From: Geobacter sulfurreducens PCA
Lineage (GTDB): Bacteria; Desulfobacterota; Desulfuromonadia; Geobacterales; Geobacteraceae
Length of the DNA: 32,000 nucleotides
Assembly (NCBI RefSeq): GCF_000007985.2
Contig: NC_002939.5
Span: 1,260,001-1,292,000 of the forward strand
Direction of reading: 5' to 3'
In this document: positions 8,256 to 19,321 of the stretch, one piece after another
How positions within the stretch are numbered: position 1 is the first letter of the stretch
Layout of the letters: each line of letters opens with the position of its first letter
The notes under the pieces: model-generated
Database searches by the model: none
What the model saw: the letters and a program-made list of their open reading frames with translations, nothing else
Told to the model about the DNA's origin: nothing
Translations under genes and position numbers: made by a program

Positions 8256-9418
8256 TGGGAATCCCTTACTCTTACAGCCTGCGCAATCTCTGGACCCGGC
8301 GCCTCACTACCGTGCTGACGGCATCGGGCATGGCGCTGGTGGTCTTCGTGTTCGCGGCGACTCTTATGCTCTCCGAGGGCCTGCGCAAGACCCTGGTGGA
8401 CACCGGCTCGTGGGACAACGTGGTGGTGATCCGCAAGTCCGCCCAGACAGAGGTGCAGAGCGGGGTGGACCGATCCCAGGCGGCCATCGTGGAGACCCAG
8501 CCCGAGGTGGCGATGGCGGAAGGACAACGGTTGGTGGCCAAGGAGTTGGTTGTCCTCATCAGCCTGCCGAAGCGGGGAACGGGAAAGCCGTCCAACGTGG
8601 TGATCCGTGGCATCGGCGCGCCATCGCTTCTGCTGAGACCCCAGGTGAAGCTTCGGGAGGGGCGGATGCCCCGGCCCGGCTCGGCGGAGATTATCGCCGG
8701 GGCGAGCATCGCCAAGCGGTTCCAGGGGGGAGGGATCGGCGAAACCCTGCGCTTCGGCATGCGGGACTGGACCGTGGTGGGTATCTTCGATGCCGGCAAC
8801 ACGGGGTTTTCTTCGGAGATATGGGGGGACGTTGATCAGCTGATGCAGGCCTTCCGGCGTCCGGTCTACTCGTCGGTCATCTTCAAACTCAGGGATGCCG
8901 CCGAGTTCGGTCGCGTCAAGGCCAGGCTGGAGGCGGACCCGCGCCTCACCGTGGAGGCAAAGCGCGAGATCCGCTTCTATGCCGACCAATCGGAAGCCAT
9001 GGCCACGTTCCTGAACATCCTGGGCGTTACACTGACGGTGATTTTTTCCCTGGGCGCGGTCATCGGTGCCATGATCACCATGTATGCCGCCGTGGCCAAC
9101 CGGATCACCGAGATCGGTACGTTGCGCGCACTCGGTTTCCAGCGGCGAAGCATTCTGGGGGCGTTTATCCTGGAATCGCTGTTTCTGGGGTTGCTGGGAG
9201 GGGTGGTGGGGGTCTTTTTCGCCTCGTTCATGCAGCTGGTGACCATCTCAACCATGAACTGGCAGACTTTTTCGGAGCTGGCGTTCAGCTTTACCCTTAC
9301 CCCACGCATCATCGGGGCGTCGCTGGTGTTTTCCCTGGTCATGGGGTTCGTGGGGGGGCTGCTTCCGGCGTTCCGGGCAGCGCGGATGAATATCGTGGAC
9401 GCCCTGCGGGCGAACTGA
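8255..9418 (+). CDS. ABC transporter permease, FtsX/MacB-type, paralogue 2
   Basis: GTG start overlaps the previous stop (TAGTG). 387 aa with the same architecture (ITEIGTLRALGFQRRSIL...). Confidence 0.88.
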   Translation: MGIPYSYSLRNLWTRRLTTVLTASGMALVVFVFAATLMLSEGLRKTLVDTGSWDNVVVIRKSAQTEVQSGVDRSQAAIVETQPEVAMAEGQRLVAKELVVLISLPKRGTGKPSNVVIRGIGAPSLLLRPQVKLREGRMPRPGSAEIIAGASIAKRFQGGGIGETLRFGMRDWTVVGIFDAGNTGFSSEIWGDVDQLMQAFRRPVYSSVIFKLRDAAEFGRVKARLEADPRLTVEAKREIRFYADQSEAMATFLNILGVTLTVIFSLGAVIGAMITMYAAVANRITEIGTLRALGFQRRSILGAFILESLFLGLLGGVVGVFFASFMQLVTISTMNWQTFSELAFSFTLTPRIIGASLVFSLVMGFVGGLLPAFRAARMNIVDALRAN

Positions 9419-9427
9419 AGGGGGAGT

Positions 9428-11773
<2,346 letters not shown>

Positions 11774-11939
11774 GGTGTGTGGTGCCCTCGACGTAAAGTC
11801 CGCTCATTATATTCCATGAACAGCCCGAAGGAAAGCACGTTTAACACCTCGGAACCCGATAACGGGCTGAAAGGTGGCAACGTTCGATTCTTTCTGTTAT
11901 AGTGTGCCCCGACGTATGACGCTATCCGGGGGTGAGAGC

Positions 11940-12740
11940 ATGACCGAAACGAACAATGAACTGTTGGCAAAAGGCATAAGCCTCGCCGAAGGGGGCGATT
12001 TCACCGCCGCCGAAGCGATGTTCAGAACCTGCGTGGAGAGGGCTCCCGATGACCCCGAAGGCTACTTCTACCTGGGAGAAGCCCTCGTGGAAGAGGGCAA
12101 GCTCGCAGAGGCCCGACAGCAGTACGAGAAGGGGCTCGCCCTGGCCCCGGGAGACGTGGACGGCCAGATCGCCCTCGGCGACATCTGTCTGGAGCTGGCT
12201 GAGCACGAGGCCGCCCTGGCCGCCTACCGGCGTGCCGTGGAACTCGACCCCCGCAATGCCGACGGCTATGTCAACATCGGCCTCGTCTACAACTCCCTGG
12301 AGGAGACCAGCAAGGCGATCGAGGCTTTCGAGAAGGCCCTGGAGATCGATCCGGCCAATGTCTTCGCCTACAACGGCCTGGGTGACGCCTGGTACGGGCT
12401 CGGCGAGCGGGAAAAGGCCATAGACGCCTTCCGCAAGGGCATCGAGCTCGACCCTACCGATGCGGCGGCCCACTTCAACCTCGGTGAACTCTACTACGAT
12501 CTCGGCGAGACCGAGGAGGCCGAGAAGGAGTGCCTTGAGGCGGTCCGGCTCGATCCCGACTTCACCATGTCCTACCTCACCCTCGGCAGCCTCTATATGG
12601 ATGACGAGAGGGTGAAGGACGCCATCAGGTATCTGGAGCTCTATCTGCAAAAGGAAAAATCGCCCCAGGCCCGAGAGACCGTGGACGAGGTCAAGGCCGT
12701 GCTGGAGGGGCTGCGCGCCGAGGTGGCCGGCAAACCCTGA
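11940..12740 (+). CDS. Tetratricopeptide-repeat protein
   Basis: Start reset to MTETNNELL (ATG 11940 after GGGGGTGAG). Tandem 34-residue units of the type A..AY..A.ELDP.....Y.N.G..Y recur through the whole protein. Confidence 0.85.
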   Translation: MTETNNELLAKGISLAEGGDFTAAEAMFRTCVERAPDDPEGYFYLGEALVEEGKLAEARQQYEKGLALAPGDVDGQIALGDICLELAEHEAALAAYRRAVELDPRNADGYVNIGLVYNSLEETSKAIEAFEKALEIDPANVFAYNGLGDAWYGLGEREKAIDAFRKGIELDPTDAAAHFNLGELYYDLGETEEAEKECLEAVRLDPDFTMSYLTLGSLYMDDERVKDAIRYLELYLQKEKSPQARETVDEVKAVLEGLRAEVAGKP

Positions 12741-12823
12741 TTTTTTGCCCTCCCTCCTTTGAATCGCCGCAATGTGCGGTACCATTGAAGTAAAGATGGA
12801 TGAACGAAAGGAGGGATCAGGTC

Positions 12824-13174
12824 ATGTCGGAAGAAAAGAACAATACCCTGATAGTCGGGTCGCTGATGCTCATTGCGGGAGGTATCCTCGGTGCGGGAGC
12901 GGCGCTTCTCTTTGCTCCCCAATCGGGCAAGAAGACCCGGCGGGATATCAAGAAGTACGTTCGGCGCGCCAAGAACGAGGCCGAGGAGATGGTGGAAGAT
13001 TTCACCGACAAGGTTTCGGACGTGGTTGATTCCCTTAATGACCGGACCCAGGAGATTCTGGAACGGGGTAAGGACATTACCCAGGACGTGAAGAAAGACC
13101 TGCTCAAGGCGTTTGAGGATGGCAAGGATCGCCTGGAGAAGGAGCGGACCCGGCTGGCAAAGATGCTCGGGTAG
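12824..13174 (+). CDS. YtxH-domain general-stress-type membrane-anchored protein
   Basis: ATG at 12824 after AAAGGAGGG. IAGGILGAGAALLFAPQSGKKTRRDI is the YtxH signature. The rest is a charged coiled-coil-like tail. Confidence 0.8.
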   Translation: MSEEKNNTLIVGSLMLIAGGILGAGAALLFAPQSGKKTRRDIKKYVRRAKNEAEEMVEDFTDKVSDVVDSLNDRTQEILERGKDITQDVKKDLLKAFEDGKDRLEKERTRLAKMLG

Positions 13175-13232
13175 CAAGGCTGAGATGGACCGTAAGAAAT
13201 GTAGTGTCCTCGATCGGGCAAAAAAGAGAATC

Positions 13233-13269
13233 AAAAAGAATAGGGCCATTCACGGCCCTATTCTTTTTT
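13233..13269. terminator. Bidirectional-looking intrinsic terminator
   Basis: Perfect 15-bp stem AAAAAGAATAGGGCC (13233-13247) / GGCCCTATTCTTTTT (13254-13268) with a 6-nt loop. The A-run and T-run flanks give a U-tract on either strand. Confidence 0.85.
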
Positions 13270-13309
13270 GTGAATGTGTTCACGTGATGAATACCCCTGG
13301 GATTTCACC

Positions 13310-13927
13310 ATGACTCGATTCATCGCCTTTTGCGCGGCACTCGCCCTGGCGCTTGTTCTCACGCCATCTCCAGTCACGGCGGAACGTGCCCGGGACGTTC
13401 TGGCACAGATGAATGCCGCCCGCACCGATCCTCAGGGATACGCGGAGCACCTGCGGGAGTTCCGCTCGCGCTTCAGGGGGAGGAACTACACCGTTCCCTG
13501 CTCCCGGACCCGGATCGTCACCCACGAGGGGACTGCGGCGGTGGACGAGGCGATACGCTTTCTCCTTCGCCAGAGGCCCATTTCCCCCCTGGCCTGGTCC
13601 GATGGACTCGCCCGGGCCGCGGCGGCACATGTGGGCGTCCAGGGCAGGAATGGGGAAACGGGCCACGGGGAGGGGCAGGGCGGGATGCGCGCCCGGATCG
13701 AGCGTCAAGGTACGTGGAAGAAGACCATTGGCGAGAATATCGGCTACGGCCCCGACAACGCCCGCGCCGTCGTGATCCAGCTCATCGTCGACGACGGTGT
13801 GCCGGGTCGGGGACATCGGAAGAACATCTTTGATCCGGCCTTCGCAGTAGCGGGAGTCGCCTGCGGACCACACCCTGTCTTCGGTACGGTCTGTGTCATC
13901 GACTTTGCGGGGGGATTTTCGGATTGA
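13310..13927 (+). CDS. Secreted CAP/SCP (PR-1-like) domain protein
   Basis: Start reset to MTRFIAFCAALALALVLTPSPVTA (signal peptide). AQMNAARTDP..., GENIGYG and VPGRGHRKNIFDPAFAVAGVA fit the CAP domain. Confidence 0.8.
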   Translation: MTRFIAFCAALALALVLTPSPVTAERARDVLAQMNAARTDPQGYAEHLREFRSRFRGRNYTVPCSRTRIVTHEGTAAVDEAIRFLLRQRPISPLAWSDGLARAAAAHVGVQGRNGETGHGEGQGGMRARIERQGTWKKTIGENIGYGPDNARAVVIQLIVDDGVPGRGHRKNIFDPAFAVAGVACGPHPVFGTVCVIDFAGGFSD

Positions 13928-13943
13928 CCTCTACAGAGGGGGA

Positions 13944-14582
13944 TTATTTCTCCGCCAGCACGATATCCCCGTACCAGGCAGCCGCCTCCCCGCCGGTGTT
14001 GTCGGAATCGGTCATGAGCGCCACACCCTCAGCCCTCGGTGGCTCCTCGCCGAAGAGCCTCACGTAGTCTTCGTAGACGTTCCTCTCTTCTGAAAGCCAT
14101 CTCCCCGCGCCGGCGGCGCCGCTTTCCACCGCCACCATCATTACGTTCTTCGGGGCGAAGGCGTTTGGAATCGAGGCACCCTTCGGAAGCCGGTTTGCCC
14201 AGATGTAGTTGATCGCCCGCGTTTGCCAGAAGAAGGTGCCGGGGAAAATTACGTAGACCCGCGCCGCGTAGTCGTCTCCCTCCTTGACTCCCTCGTTCCC
14301 TTTTGTCAGCGTGCCGGCGACCTTCCACGACCAGCGCAGCCAGGGTTGCGTTTTGGGGTCGAAACTCATCGTTCTGATCAGTCCTGACGCTGAGCCCCGG
14401 CTCTCCGCCTTCAGAACAGTCCGTTCCCCGTCCTTCACCAGCGAGTAGACGGTCTTCCGCTTCCCACTGAAGGTCTGCTCTTCCCACCCCGACAGGTCTC
14501 CGGCACTGAAGCGGCCCACCGTCATGGCGGCCGCAGTGCCGGACAGGGCCAGCAACAGGGCTATAACGACGATTCTTCCCAT
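13944..14582 (-). CDS. DUF3047 domain protein (exported)
   Basis: Start reset to MGRIVVIALLLALSGTAAA (ATG 14582 after GGGAGGAA). The motifs GWEEQTF.GK..Y, LRWSWKV, DDYAARVYVIF, AINYIWAN and MTDSDNTG are as I recall for DUF3047. Confidence 0.75.
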   Translation of the reverse strand: MGRIVVIALLLALSGTAAAMTVGRFSAGDLSGWEEQTFSGKRKTVYSLVKDGERTVLKAESRGSASGLIRTMSFDPKTQPWLRWSWKVAGTLTKGNEGVKEGDDYAARVYVIFPGTFFWQTRAINYIWANRLPKGASIPNAFAPKNVMMVAVESGAAGAGRWLSEERNVYEDYVRLFGEEPPRAEGVALMTDSDNTGGEAAAWYGDIVLAEK

Positions 14583-14754
14583 GGCGTTCCTCCCGTGACA
14601 CCTAGTGTAGCAGGTCGGGCATGGGGACGGAAGATTCGTCGATGACATAAACCCACCGCCAGCGGTTGCCGTTCCCTCCGGTCTGATAGACTTGTCACTG
14701 GACAGGCGACATGACCTTCACGCCGGCATGTGACCGGAAGGGGAGCGAAAACCC

Positions 14755-16887
14755 ATGGGCAATGAAGCGCGGCACCACGATGAACAACGGATCGAGCGCA
14801 TCTTTTCGGCGGACCGGCGGACGCTCCCGCCTGACGGCGGTCCACACTTCAACCGGCTCATCTTTGCCACGAGCCCCTATCTCCTCCAGCACGCCGACAA
14901 CCCGGTGGAGTGGTATCCCTGGGGAGAGGATGCCTTTGCGCGGGCACGGGCGGAGGATCGTCCGGTTTTCCTTTCCATCGGCTACGCCACCTGCCACTGG
15001 TGCCACGTCATGGCCGCCGAGTCCTTCGACGATGACGAGGTGGCCGCGGTCCTGAACCGGGAGTACGTGCCGGTGAAGGTTGACCGGGAAGAGCGCCCCG
15101 ACATAGACGATACCTTTATGCGCGTCGCGCAGATGATGAACGGCAGCGGCGGCTGGCCTCTCACCATCATCATGACCCCCGACCGGCAACCTTTTTTTGC
15201 AGCCACCTATATTCCCCGGCGCTCCCGGGGCGGCATGCCGGGGCTGATCGATCTCCTGGAAAAGATTGCCGAGGTCTGGCGACAGCGGCGGGACGTGGTC
15301 AGGCAGAATTGTTCCGCCATCATGGATGCCCTGTCGCGGTTCAACTCCGTCCGTCCAGCCGCCGCCGAGGATGAGGCGCCGCTCCACGGCGCACGGCAGC
15401 AGCTGGCGGATATCTATGACAAAGAGTTCGGCGGCTTCGGCGGAGCGCCCAAATTTCCCATGGCCATGAACCTCTCCTTTCTTCTGCGCTACGGCCAGCG
15501 ATACGGCGACGGCGAGGCCGTGGCCATGGCCACGGATACCCTCACCGCCATGGCGCAAGGAGGCATCTGGGACCACCTGGGCGGCGGCTTCCATCGCTAC
15601 ACCGTGGATGGCCGCTGGCTCGTGCCGCATTTCGAAAAAATGCTCTACGATCAGGCCCTCTGCACCCTTGCGCTGGTCGAGGCCGCACAGGTTACGGGGA
15701 ACAGTGTCTTCAGGGAACTGGCAAAGGAAACCTGCGGCTTTGTCCTGCGGGAACTTTCCGCGCCGGCCGGGGGCTTCTACTCGGCTCTGGATGCCGATTC
15801 TGAGGGGCGGGAGGGGGCCTGTTACCTCTGGACTCCTGCCCAGGTGCGGGATATCCTCGGGGTGGCCGACGGCGAATTATTCTGCCGCCTCTATGCTGTT
15901 ACCGCGTGGGGAAATTTCGAGGGTGCGAACGTGCTCCACCTTCCCCTTGCTCCCGATGCCTTCGCCCGGGACGAGGGAGTTGACCCCCTTCGCCTGCAGG
16001 AAAAGATTGCCCAGTGGCACATTCTGCTTCTGGAGGCGCGGGAGCGGCGGCCACGCCCCTTCCGCGACGAGAAGATCATCACCGGCTGGAACGGACTCAT
16101 GATTGCGGCCCTGGCCCGCACGTTCCTGATCTGCGGCGATGAGCTCCTGCTGGAGGGCGCCGAACGGGCAGTGCGGCGTGTGTGCATTGATCTCCGTACG
16201 CCGGCGGGGCGGCTGGTGCGCAGCTGTCATCGGGGCGAGGCGAGCGGTCCCGGTTTCCTGGAGGACTATGCATTTTTCATTCGCGGCCTCCTTGAGCTGC
16301 ACGAAGCCACTCTCGACCCCCGGCATCTGGCCCTGGCCCGTTCGCTGGCCCACGACATGCTCCGGCTTTTCGGTGACAGCGGGGGAGGGCTCTTTGATAC
16401 GGGGAGCGATGCGGAAACGATCCTCGTGCGGGGCAAGGGCGCGCTGGACGGCGCCATCCCTTCGGGCAACGCCATGGCCGCATCGGTTCTGATCCGCCTC
16501 GGCAGGATAACCGGCGACGGCGTATTCGAGGAGGCAGGGCGCGGCATCATCCGGGCGTTTCTGGCCGGGGCAGCCCGACAGCCTGCAGCACACATCCATC
16601 TCCTCTGCGCCCTGGGCGAACTCCTGGCCGACCCGTTCGAGGTTGTGATCGCCGCGGCGACCAGGCCGCATGCCGTGCGGGAGTTGCTCTGTATCCTCGG
16701 TGGCCGCCTGATTCCCGGACTGGTCCTGATGGAACGGGAAGAGAATGCGCCGGCGCGGGAGGGGGGGGGAGGCGGGAGCATCGCCCGCGTCTGCGCGGGC
16801 AGGGTCTGTCTGCCGCCGGTCACGGCGCCCGAAGGGCTGGAGGAAATCCTGGCCAGGCACATAATCCGGCCGGTCCGACCGGGGTGA
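14755..16887 (+). CDS. Thioredoxin-domain protein of the YyaL/DUF255 family (N-terminal thioredoxin-like domain plus (alpha/alpha)6 epimerase-like domain)
   Basis: 710 aa. [29 protein letters not shown]...[16 protein letters not shown] is the DUF255 signature. Confidence 0.88.
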   Translation: MGNEARHHDEQRIERIFSADRRTLPPDGGPHFNRLIFATSPYLLQHADNPVEWYPWGEDAFARARAEDRPVFLSIGYATCHWCHVMAAESFDDDEVAAVLNREYVPVKVDREERPDIDDTFMRVAQMMNGSGGWPLTIIMTPDRQPFFAATYIPRRSRGGMPGLIDLLEKIAEVWRQRRDVVRQNCSAIMDALSRFNSVRPAAAEDEAPLHGARQQLADIYDKEFGGFGGAPKFPMAMNLSFLLRYGQRYGDGEAVAMATDTLTAMAQGGIWDHLGGGFHRYTVDGRWLVPHFEKMLYDQALCTLALVEAAQVTGNSVFRELAKETCGFVLRELSAPAGGFYSALDADSEGREGACYLWTPAQVRDILGVADGELFCRLYAVTAWGNFEGANVLHLPLAPDAFARDEGVDPLRLQEKIAQWHILLLEARERRPRPFRDEKIITGWNGLMIAALARTFLICGDELLLEGAERAVRRVCIDLRTPAGRLVRSCHRGEASGPGFLEDYAFFIRGLLELHEATLDPRHLALARSLAHDMLRLFGDSGGGLFDTGSDAETILVRGKGALDGAIPSGNAMAASVLIRLGRITGDGVFEEAGRGIIRAFLAGAARQPAAHIHLLCALGELLADPFEVVIAAATRPHAVRELLCILGGRLIPGLVLMEREENAPAREGGGGGSIARVCAGRVCLPPVTAPEGLEEILARHIIRPVRPG

Positions 16888-16961
16888 GTCACTGAAAAAG
16901 CTCCCAAATACCCGGCGACTGTGGTACATACCTCCCCTGATCACATTCTCCAGGGGAGCCC

Positions 16962-18527
16962 ATGTCTGAAAAGAAGCAGATAGCCCGGGCTGCCGGCGTC
17001 CTCGGCCTGGCAACCATCGTCTCCCGCATCATGGGGATGGTGCGCGACATGGCCGTCTCCCGTTTTTTTGGCGCCGGCCTCCAGACCGACGCCTTCTTCG
17101 CTGCCTTCCAGATTCCCAATATGCTGCGCCGGTTTTTCGCCGAGGGTGCCCTTACGTCGGCATTCGTGCCGACCTTCTCCGAGTGGCACTCCCAGCGAAG
17201 CCCCGAGGAGGCGCGCGAGCTCGCCAACGTGTGCTTCACGCTTCTCACCATTGTCATGGCGGGCGTGACCCTGGCGGGGGTCCTGCTCGCTCCCGGCATC
17301 GTCTCGGTCATGTTTCCCGGTTTCAGGGCCGACCCGACCAAGTTCGGGCTCACGGTCTTTCTCAACCGGCTCATGTTCCCGTATATTTTCTTCATAAGCC
17401 TGCTGGCGCTCTGCATGGGGATACTCAATACGGTTCGCCACTTTTTCACCCCGGCCATCTCCACCGTGTTTCTGAACGTTTCCATGATTCTCTGTGCCTG
17501 GCTGCTTCGAGACCGGTTCGCGGTGCCGATCACTGCCTTGGCCGTGGGGGTCCTTATGGGTGGGGTCCTTCAGCTCCTCCTTCAGGTGCCGGTGCTCTAC
17601 CGCAAGGGATTCCCGCTTCGCGTCCGTTTCGATCTCCACCATCCCGCGGTACGGCGCATCGCCCTTCTCATGGGGCCGTCGGTTTTCGGGGTTGGGGTCT
17701 ACTACCTGAACATCACTGTGGGCAATATTCTTGCTTCGCTCCTTCCCGAGGGAAGCGTCTCGTACCTCTACTACGCCCAGCGACTGTTCGAGTTCCCTCA
17801 GGGGATCTTCACCGTTTCCGTGGCCCAGGCGGTTCTGCCGTCACTGAGCCGGCAGGCGGCGGCCGGCGACATGGATGCCTTCCGGGAGTCTCTCGTCTTC
17901 GGCCTGCGGCTCACCCTGTTCGTTACCATTCCGGCCACGGTGGGCCTTATGGTCTGCGCTACCCCCATTTTCAGCCTCCTCTTCATGGGGGGGGAGTTCG
18001 ACTACGCCCAAGCCGCCAATGCGGGAATAGCCCTGTTCTACTACGCCATTGGACTTTCGCTCGTGGCCTTGGTGCGGGTTCTGGTGCCCGCGTTTTACGC
18101 TCTCAAGGATACGAGGACGCCGGTCATGGTCGCCTTCGTCGCCTTCATCATGAACGCCGTTGCCAGCCTCATCCTCATGAAACCTCTCGCCCATGGCGGA
18201 TTGGCCCTGGCGTCCTCCCTGTCCGCCCTTGCCAACATGGGGCTCCTTCTGGTCCTCCTGCGGCGGAAGATCGGTCCGTTCGGCGGGAGGGCTTTGGTCC
18301 GTTCAGGCATGAAGGTTCTCGCGGCATCCCTGCCCATGGCGCTGGCGGTCCGTTGGATGGTGGCGCTCATCGATTGGTCACTGCCAGGGGAAAAGATGCT
18401 TAAGGGGGGAGTTCTGCTCGGCGCCGTGGGCGTGGGCATCGTGTTGTTTCTTGCAGCCGCCGCGTTGCTCCGCAGCGAAGAGACGCGCGAGCTGGCGGCA
18501 CAACTCAGAAGGAGGTTTGCTCGATGA
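16962..18527 (+). CDS. murJ: Lipid II flippase MurJ (MviN)
   Basis: 521 aa, polytopic. N-terminal signature SRIMGMVRDMAVSRFFGAGLQTDAFFAAFQIPNMLRRFFAEGALTSAFVP. Confidence 0.92.
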   Translation: MSEKKQIARAAGVLGLATIVSRIMGMVRDMAVSRFFGAGLQTDAFFAAFQIPNMLRRFFAEGALTSAFVPTFSEWHSQRSPEEARELANVCFTLLTIVMAGVTLAGVLLAPGIVSVMFPGFRADPTKFGLTVFLNRLMFPYIFFISLLALCMGILNTVRHFFTPAISTVFLNVSMILCAWLLRDRFAVPITALAVGVLMGGVLQLLLQVPVLYRKGFPLRVRFDLHHPAVRRIALLMGPSVFGVGVYYLNITVGNILASLLPEGSVSYLYYAQRLFEFPQGIFTVSVAQAVLPSLSRQAAAGDMDAFRESLVFGLRLTLFVTIPATVGLMVCATPIFSLLFMGGEFDYAQAANAGIALFYYAIGLSLVALVRVLVPAFYALKDTRTPVMVAFVAFIMNAVASLILMKPLAHGGLALASSLSALANMGLLLVLLRRKIGPFGGRALVRSGMKVLAASLPMALAVRWMVALIDWSLPGEKMLKGGVLLGAVGVGIVLFLAAAALLRSEETRELAAQLRRRFAR

Positions 18528-19065
18528 CGGGAACAGCGGCGCGCGACGAGGTGTATGTGTCCTTTTTCGAGACGGCGGTGGGGGTCGGTGCCGTGGTGGC
18601 GGGCAGCGGGGGACTCAGGGAGGTGTTCCTCCCTTCAGGGTCGCCACGCGGGAGGATATGGTCGCGACCGTTCGCAGCCGCTACCCCCGCCAGGCAGGCG
18701 AAAATTCTCTCAGTCGCGAAGCGGCTCGCCAGCTTGTTGCGTACTTTGCAGGTGAGGCGGTTGAGTTCACGGTTCCTCTCGACGAGGAGCACGTCACGCC
18801 GTTTCGGAAAAAGGTGTACGAGATCGTACGCGGCATAGGGAGGGGGCAGGTCATGACCTATGGCCAGGTAGCCGTCGCCGCAGGCAGCCCCGGCGCTGCC
18901 CGGGGGGTTGGCTCGGCCATGGCCGCCAATCCCCTTCCCATTATCGTTCCCTGTCATCGGGTCGTGGGCGTTGGGGGAGCCCTTACCGGCTATTCAGGGG
19001 CCGGCGGGATCGACTCCAAGCGTTGGCTTCTAGAGCTGGAAGCAAGCACCGGGGCCGGAGAGTGA
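18524..19065 (+). CDS. ogt: Methylated-DNA-protein-cysteine methyltransferase, apparently frameshifted near 18630-18645 (the intact C-terminal domain reads from about 18640; internal ATG at 18658)
   Basis: The C-terminal frame has QLVAYFAGEAVEFTVPLD...TPFRKKVYEIVRGIGRGQVMTYGQVA...AARGVGSAMAANPLPIIVPCHRVVG...GYSGAGGIDSKRWLLELE (PCHR active site). A typical Ogt N-terminus (MTGTAARDEVYVSFFETAVGVGAVVAGSGGLREVFLP) is in the other frame. That frame starts at an ATGA overlap with the murJ stop, behind AGAAGGAGG. Confidence 0.75.
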
Positions 19066-19077
19066 AAAATCGGGCAG

Positions 19078-19321
19078 TTATGCACAGTCTCTCGATAGAA
19101 TCTCCGTTTTTGTGAAGCCAGGGTTGAACGGTTGAGTGATAACTGCCGGAAGTTCAAGGCTAACGGAAATTATTATTTTAAATCAATTGGTTATGTTGTG
19201 AGTAAAAAATGTGCAGAAGGTGAAAAACCTTTCGTACCAGTATCCGTTTAGCACCTTGTTCACATCGTTATCAACAGGTTATCCACATTTTTTGTGGAAA
19301 ATTGGTTACGATTGTGAAAAA
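19078..19321. other. Cluster of DnaA-box 9-mers flanking an A/T tract in the ogt/mazG convergent gap
   Basis: Strict consensus: TTATGCACA (19078-19086) and TTATCCACA (19279-19287). Relaxed TTWTNCACA on the minus strand: TGTGGAAAA (19293-19301) and TGTGAAAAA (19313-19321). One mismatch each: TGTGAGTAA (19197-19205), TGTGCAGAA (19210-19218), TTGTTCACA (19256-19264). A/T tract at 19167-19188. The sequence is certain; the function is unproven. Confidence 0.55.

Noticed and set aside
11882-11890. GTTCGATTC, a tRNA T-loop-like motif in the ptsP/TPR divergent region
   Set aside because: The flanking bases cannot form a T-stem, and no acceptor or anticodon arms can be drawn. It is not a tRNA.
13113-13313. 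66-aa ORF between the YtxH and CAP genes
   Set aside because: It reads straight through the perfect 15-bp terminator hairpin. It has only a weak SD, and its composition is dictated by the A/T runs of the terminator.
13401-13416. TGGCAC motifs that could be sigma54 -24 elements (also at about 16008, 17171, 29111)
   Set aside because: All are inside coding regions, and none has the TTGC -12 element at the required 5-nt spacing.
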